Below are positions 58,494-64,000 of a DNA stretch of 64,000 bases, in pieces (within the stretch, counting starts at the first letter, position 1; every line of letters starts with the position of its first letter). The position numbers were made by a program, and so were the translations under genes. The notes beneath the pieces are model-generated. The model had not been told where the DNA came from. It did not search any database and worked only from the letters and a program-made list of their open reading frames with translations. The stretch lies in assembly GCA_038227875.1 (NCBI GenBank), contig JBBRPR010000008.1, positions 64,001 through 128,000 of the forward strand. Direction: 5' to 3'. Source of the stretch: Planctomycetota bacterium. GTDB lineage: Bacteria; Planctomycetota; SZUA-567; H5-PLA8.

Positions 58494-59260
58494 TGCTGCG
58501 CCTGCTGGGAATTGTGCTCACCATGAGCCTGCTGGCGACGGGGCTTCGCGCCGCGGAGACCGGCGAGCGCGAACGGACATTCGCGCACGCGCTGGAACTG
58601 CTCGATAGCGCGAAAACGCCCGAGGCGTACCGTGCGGCCGCGCAGGAATTCGAAAAGCTCTCCTTCGACGGCTACCGCAACGGCGGCGTCTTTAAAAATA
58701 TCGGCAACGCCTACATGGGCGCACACGATTACGGCCGCGCCATCGCCGCGTACCGCAAAGCCAAACCATTCCTGCCGCGCGATCCGTACCTCGACGCGGT
58801 GCTCAAGGAAGCGATCTCGCTGTCGCCCGGCCATCTGCCCGAACCGTCCGCGCCGTGGTGGCACAGCGTGTTTTTCTGGACGACGTGGCTTTCGTATCCC
58901 GAAAAAATGCAATTCGCTTTCGCCGCGTGGAGCGCCGGCGCGCTGCTGATGGCCGGCGGAGTGATGCTGCGCAAACGCGTGCTCTTCCGCGTCAGCGGCG
59001 CGCTGGTCCTCGCCGCAATCGTGATCAGCATCGACGCGGGCCTGGCGTATCAGGCCGTCTTCCATTCCAACCACGCTGTCGTGGTGACGGAGACCGTCGC
59101 GCGAAAAGGCAACTCGCCTGAATACCAGCCCGCGTTCGATCAGGCGCTGAAAGACGGCGCCGAGTTCTCCATCATCGATCGCCGCGGCGACTGGGTGCTG
59201 GGGCATTTTGACGGGATTGGCGATGGCTGGCTGATGCAGTCGGCTGTTGAGGCCAATTAA
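58490..59260 (+). CDS. BatE-like TPR/TM/SH3-like protein
   Basis: NIGNAY...GRAIAAYRKA TPR, two TM helices and a C-terminal GW SH3-like end. Confidence 0.8.
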   Translation: MMLRLLGIVLTMSLLATGLRAAETGERERTFAHALELLDSAKTPEAYRAAAQEFEKLSFDGYRNGGVFKNIGNAYMGAHDYGRAIAAYRKAKPFLPRDPYLDAVLKEAISLSPGHLPEPSAPWWHSVFFWTTWLSYPEKMQFAFAAWSAGALLMAGGVMLRKRVLFRVSGALVLAAIVISIDAGLAYQAVFHSNHAVVVTETVARKGNSPEYQPAFDQALKDGAEFSIIDRRGDWVLGHFDGIGDGWLMQSAVEAN

Positions 59261-59431
59261 AAATTCAAAAACGCATGCGGATGACAGCGGTTTTGTTCAG
59301 ACGATTGAGCGTGTTTCAAAGTGCTATTTAACATCAGGTCAATTGGCCTGATGTTGACTTTTAACCACCGGATAAATTTATGCCGAGGTACGTCGTCTCA
59401 ACTTTCAACTCTCCCCGCTCAACTCACGTAT

Positions 59432-60808
59432 TCACGCCGCCGGCGTCGGCGGGATGATGCGTTGATCGCGGCGGAGGCTCCAGATCAGCGCGGGGATCAG
59501 CAGGATCATCACCCAGAATTCGGGTAGCGTCAGCTTGCCGTACCAGCGTTCCGAGCAGCGTAGGTTCCAGAGCTGAACGGAGCCGTCGTTGCCGGCCAGG
59601 GCGAGCGAATTGCCATCGGGCGCAAAGGCCACAGAGCGCCACGGGCCTTTTTGGGTGAGCGTGAAGAGCGCCGCGCCGTCGCGGCCGCCCCAGATGCGCA
59701 CGGAGCCATCGAGGCTGATGGTGGCGAGTCGGTCGCCTTCAGGCGAGAACTGCGACGAGAGCACGTACTGATTGTGGCCGCGCATCACCGCCACCGGCTT
59801 GGCGAACCACGTGTGCCCGCCGTTGGCGCTGGTCGGAGCGGCGTCTTTATCGAAATCGATGATCGAGCGCGAAACGTCACCGGTGTAGGCCGTCCACAAG
59901 CGGACGGTACAGTCCTTGCCGGACGTGGCGATGAATTTGCCGTCGGGCGAAAACACGGCCGAGCGGAAAAACTGTGTGTCGCCGCGCAGTGCGGCGATGG
60001 GCGTGGTGTTCTTCCGGTTCCAGACTTGGACGAGGCCGTCGGTGGTCGCCGTCACAATCTTCTTGCCGTCCTTTGAGAAAAAGGCCGAGCAGAGCGCGTC
60101 GCTGGGCACTTCGAAGCTCTCCGAATTGTAGAAGACTGAAATGGACTCGACGATGTAAACCATGCCGCCGAAGCGGGACAAATTCGATGCGGGATCGGCA
60201 GCGATGATCTTGCTGCCGTCGGCTGAAAAGTGGACGCTGGTGACGGTGTTTGTTAAGCGTTCCGCCAGGATTTCCTGACCATTATTTGCATCGAACACGG
60301 TCAGTGCGCCGCTGTCGTCTGTTACGACGACCTTCCTGCCATCCGGAGAAATTTCGCTGGCGGTGATGCGGCGTGAAATATTTTCGTCGACGGGAAGCGC
60401 TTTGGCATTGAGCACTTGCTGCAATTCGGACGAGAGGGCCGGATGCACCAGGTCGATCGTTGCCGACTCGGTGCCACTGTCGACATCCCACACGCGCGCG
60501 AAGCCGTCGCTGCCGCCGGCGAGCAGTTTTTTGCTGTCGCCGGAAAACGAGACGGAACTCACGCCGTACGCGCTGGCCTTTAACGTCAATCCCGCACGCC
60601 ACGGCGTGGAGCGCTGGTAGACCAGAACAAGGCTGCCGATGAAGAGCGCAAGAATCTGAAACGTGCAGAGCGAGACTTTCGGACGCCAGCGCCAGAACTG
60701 CCATTTCATGCGGTCGGCAGCATCCAGCCGCTCACGCCGTTCCCGGCGCGCGCTGACGGACGCCGCTACAGACGAGCGGGCCGGGGGAAGTGCCTGTTGG
60801 GCGCTCAC
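59432..60808 (-). CDS. Membrane-anchored WD40 repeat protein
   Basis: Repeated FSPDG / DG.VR.W units between N- and C-terminal TM segments. Start uncertain. Confidence 0.85.
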   Translation of the reverse strand: MSAQQALPPARSSVAASVSARRERRERLDAADRMKWQFWRWRPKVSLCTFQILALFIGSLVLVYQRSTPWRAGLTLKASAYGVSSVSFSGDSKKLLAGGSDGFARVWDVDSGTESATIDLVHPALSSELQQVLNAKALPVDENISRRITASEISPDGRKVVVTDDSGALTVFDANNGQEILAERLTNTVTSVHFSADGSKIIAADPASNLSRFGGMVYIVESISVFYNSESFEVPSDALCSAFFSKDGKKIVTATTDGLVQVWNRKNTTPIAALRGDTQFFRSAVFSPDGKFIATSGKDCTVRLWTAYTGDVSRSIIDFDKDAAPTSANGGHTWFAKPVAVMRGHNQYVLSSQFSPEGDRLATISLDGSVRIWGGRDGAALFTLTQKGPWRSVAFAPDGNSLALAGNDGSVQLWNLRCSERWYGKLTLPEFWVMILLIPALIWSLRRDQRIIPPTPAA

Positions 60809-60879
60809 GGGAGGAATACGTGGAAAAGGTAAGAAGCTTGCAGAGAAATGTGCGAAAAACAATGCACGAGTGATGATGA

Positions 60880-60973
60880 CAGTTTTGAGTTTTGAGTTCT
60901 AAGTTTTGAGTGGTGAACGGCAATTGCCACACGCCGCCCCAACTCAAAACTAAAAACTCACAACTCAAAACTG
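60880..60973. repeat. Inverted TTTTGAG heptamer repeats
   Basis: 60880-60911 versus 60942-60973. Confidence 0.85.
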
Positions 60974-60982
60974 CCGTTCAAG

Positions 60983-63900
60983 CTACTGCGTCACATCGTC
61001 AAACGGCCGCCCCCGCTCATCCGCGATGCGGCAGAAGAAGCCCAGGTGGCCTTGCGTCACGCCGGGCTTGATCAGGATTTCGTTTGGGCCGTTGGTGAGC
61101 GGGATTTCGACCGCGCCGCAGTCTTTGGCGTTGCCGGGCGCGGCTTCGTTGACCACTCGCCGGCCGTTGACCCAGATTGAGACGATATCGTTGGCGCCGA
61201 AGAGCAGCAGCGCTTTGCGCTTGGTCGGTACGGTGAAGCGCGCGTAGGCGTAGCCGAAGTACGGGCCTTTCTCCAGTTTACCGCGCGTGTCATTGTCGAG
61301 CTTCGAGAACAGCGGCGGATACAGGTCGACGAAGCCGCCGGTGTTCGGGTTGCCCTTGTCGTCTTTCGCCGCGGAGTACTTTCGCCAGCCGACGTCGATG
61401 TCGCCGGCCGCTTTTGTACGCCAAGTCAGATCGACGGCCTTTTCCGGCGCCATGAACTGGTCCTGGCCGCGCCGGTCGCTGGTGGCCTGGAACGGTCCGA
61501 GGACCTGCCACTCCATCCACGTTGGCGAGTACTGCGAGTAGAAAACGCGGCTGACGTTGCGCGGCAGCTTCAAATTGCGGATCAGATCGTCGCAGCGTTT
61601 GACGGAGAACTTATCCCCCTTCTGTGCGTACCACTGCTGCAATTCCTGGAGCATGGCGTTGGCATTGACGGTCTCGGGATGGTGCGTCAGGAAGTCTTCG
61701 ACTTCGCTGATCGCGTTCTCGAGGCGTTTTTCCTGGGGGCTCAGCTCAATCACGTGGCCGATCATGTCCTTCGCTTCGCCGGTATCGAAGACCAGGCCGG
61801 CCATTTCGCGGTAGAGCGCCTGTTCCTTGGTGTTGTCGGGCGCTTTGGGCGGCGGAGCTTTGGGATCGACTTTGACTTCAGGCTTGGGCGTCTTGAATGA
61901 GAACCAGACGTCTGGCGCATTGACGGATGAATTGAGCACGCCGCCGGTCGGATTGCCGGTCCATGATTTCTTGAGCGCGTGGTGCGGATTGTCGACGGCT
62001 ACAATCGGGTTGCCGTCCATGTGAATGTCCTTCGGCAATGCTTCGGGCAGCAGCGCCGTTTCCTTACCAAGGCACATCGCGACGCCCTGTTCCCAATGAG
62101 TCAACCCGCCAAACGAGGTCACGCCGAACGACTGGATGTCGGTTTCGTTCATTTCAAAATCGATCGCGTTCATGACCAGTTGCGTCCACTGGCCGGGCTT
62201 GGGCAGCGGACCCATGTAGAAGTGTTCGCTGGTGGCGTCGCGGCCCCATTCGAGTTCCGGCCGACGTTCGCCCCAATACGCACGTCGCGCCCAGCCCCAG
62301 CCTTTGACGTTGATCTGCAGCATGACGGTCTTGGGCGGATTCTTTTCGTCGGGCAGCACCCACACGCTTACGTATTTGCCGGTCAGCGTATCGGTGATGG
62401 ACGGCGGGCACTTTACAGACTTTGCGAACTCAACGGTCTTATTCCAATCGTTGGGACCACCCATGCGCACGTACGTGTGCCGCAACAGGCGCAGCGCCGG
62501 AATTGTGTTGGGCGTATCGGGATGCGCTTTGATGAACTCTTCCAGTTCCGTCGCGCGTTCCTTTTCCGGATTCGCGCCGCGCTTGGCGGAGAGAATCTGG
62601 TTGAGGAAACTCATGCTCTGCGGCGCGCCGGGCAGCTTGGCGATAACTTTACGGTAGCGTTCGCCTTTTTCTTTCGAGATGTCCACGAGCGAGACGCGCG
62701 CCAGCCACGCCGGCACCAGTGACGGGTTGGTCAATCCGGCGCCGAATTCCAGCGCGCCCTTCACGCCATCGCCGTCGTTGTCATTGATGACTATGCCGAG
62801 GCGCAGTTCCTTGCGGTCGCCGGGGCGGAAGCGCGGATCGTGGCGAAGGATCTGCCACGGCACCATCACTTCGTACCGCGCGCCCTTGCCGTCGGGGGCC
62901 GGCGTGATGCGGCCGGTGACTGCGCCCTGTTCTTCTTCCGATGCTTCGTGTTCGGTGTTGATCACGACGCGGCCGTCGACCAGGGCCATGGTGATCACCA
63001 CGTTTTCGGAGCGGTTGATCATGACCGGGTCGGTCAGACCGTTGAAGGCGATGCGAATGCTGTCGCCGCTCTCTAATGGATGACCGGGTTGCGGCGGAAC
63101 GAAGCGATCGTCCTTGACCTCAATGGCCAGCGCAATGCCCACGTTACTCCACGCGGAGTAAATTTTGGCGCTCAAGTCATGCGGGCCTTGCCAGCTCTGT
63201 TCGTCGGTGAACGGCACGTACTGCTCGGCGGTGTCGAGCATGACGGGATCACTGTTCTCGTTGTCCAGGCGTGTGCCTGCCGGGGCGGGGGAGAGCTGGA
63301 AGACGCTGGGTTCGATTTCATTGAGCGCGCGGCGGGCGTCGCGGCGCTGCGCGGAGGGCAGGTCCTTCTGGGACAGCGTGGCTTTCAGTTTCGCGAGGCT
63401 GTTGGGCTGCGTGTCGGCGACAGGCGAGTAGGCAAAGAAGCCTTCGCGGACGGCATAGAGCAGCATGTTGCCGCGCTGCTCGATGGAGGCGCGAACAAGC
63501 TTGTTCTCAGTGTTGCGGATGGGCGTTCCCGGCAGCAGCGTTTCGGCGACCACCAGGCCGGTCTCCCAGTCGAACGTGCGCAGGACGATGTGGTCGGGCA
63601 CGCCCCAGTTGGCGCGGACCACGAACTCGTAAAGCCTGTTGTTCGAGAGGAATACTTTGCGGACGTCGTTGGCGTCGGCGTACGGGGCAGCCAGTGTGGT
63701 CTTCCACAATTCTTTCAGCACGCCTTTGTCGTCGGTCGCCTGTCGCGCCACGATCTTGTCGCCGAACGCGACGAAATTCCCGGGCGCTCCTCCCACGGCC
63801 AGGCGCAGGCCCTCCTGCTTCGAGACCAGCTTGCCGGCGCGGTCGTAATAGAAGGAGTAAAAGTGGTTGTCGCGATGGCCGTGGTAGAAAATCAGGCCTT

Positions 63901-64000
63901 CCGGGGCGTCGACGCCCAGTGCGTTCCACGAATTGTCGGCGTGCATGAACAATGATTCGGAATCCCACAGATTCAATCCAGTGGTCATGTCCATGCCGAT
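60983..64000 (-). CDS. 3' part of a large multidomain protein (PQQ-like propeller, CBM9/DOMON-like sugar-binding, TPR-like and PA14-like domains), truncated by window edge
   Basis: DLSAK..AW....L..EVKDD...GDSI and INDND motifs, WQVLGPF and GAND...WVNG. Open to the window end. Confidence 0.7.
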   Translation of the reverse strand: MGMDMTTGLNLWDSESLFMHADNSWNALGVDAPEGLIFYHGHRDNHFYSFYYDRAGKLVSKQEGLRLAVGGAPGNFVAFGDKIVARQATDDKGVLKELWKTTLAAPYADANDVRKVFLSNNRLYEFVVRANWGVPDHIVLRTFDWETGLVVAETLLPGTPIRNTENKLVRASIEQRGNMLLYAVREGFFAYSPVADTQPNSLAKLKATLSQKDLPSAQRRDARRALNEIEPSVFQLSPAPAGTRLDNENSDPVMLDTAEQYVPFTDEQSWQGPHDLSAKIYSAWSNVGIALAIEVKDDRFVPPQPGHPLESGDSIRIAFNGLTDPVMINRSENVVITMALVDGRVVINTEHEASEEEQGAVTGRITPAPDGKGARYEVMVPWQILRHDPRFRPGDRKELRLGIVINDNDGDGVKGALEFGAGLTNPSLVPAWLARVSLVDISKEKGERYRKVIAKLPGAPQSMSFLNQILSAKRGANPEKERATELEEFIKAHPDTPNTIPALRLLRHTYVRMGGPNDWNKTVEFAKSVKCPPSITDTLTGKYVSVWVLPDEKNPPKTVMLQINVKGWGWARRAYWGERRPELEWGRDATSEHFYMGPLPKPGQWTQLVMNAIDFEMNETDIQSFGVTSFGGLTHWEQGVAMCLGKETALLPEALPKDIHMDGNPIVAVDNPHHALKKSWTGNPTGGVLNSSVNAPDVWFSFKTPKPEVKVDPKAPPPKAPDNTKEQALYREMAGLVFDTGEAKDMIGHVIELSPQEKRLENAISEVEDFLTHHPETVNANAMLQELQQWYAQKGDKFSVKRCDDLIRNLKLPRNVSRVFYSQYSPTWMEWQVLGPFQATSDRRGQDQFMAPEKAVDLTWRTKAAGDIDVGWRKYSAAKDDKGNPNTGGFVDLYPPLFSKLDNDTRGKLEKGPYFGYAYARFTVPTKRKALLLFGANDIVSIWVNGRRVVNEAAPGNAKDCGAVEIPLTNGPNEILIKPGVTQGHLGFFCRIADERGRPFDDVTQ

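Noticed and set aside
1..64000. tRNA/rRNA genes, integrase, prophage, reverse transcriptase
   Set aside because: No recognisable signatures were seen by eye. A covariance-model scan was not possible.

Overview
GC-rich bacterial chromosomal window, probably Planctomycetota (inferred from ECF sigma factors with very long C-terminal extensions, RFS/RFT-L-type pre-TM motifs and a bat/moxR cluster). Housekeeping genes: trpS, folP-cdaA-cdaR, RluA, RlmI-like, recA, trpB, an Hsp20 pair and a moxR-batA-E operon. Accessory content: a carbohydrate locus, two ECF fusion proteins and a duplicated nitrogen locus (glnK, two amt genes with an unusual N-terminal extension, two PAS kinase/NarL regulator pairs). 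The most striking feature is a full-length, solitary type I-E Cas8e/Cse1 gene inside the nitrogen locus, divergent from glnK, with no other cas gene or CRISPR array in the 64 kb. Both nitrogen transcription units carry the same variant sigma54-like promoter, and amt2 has a highly structured 5' leader. Intergenic DNA holds many REP-like and heptamer-based inverted repeats, a 10-bp-period array and a probable miniature IS200/RAYT remnant. All protein calls come from motif recognition by eye; no searches were run.
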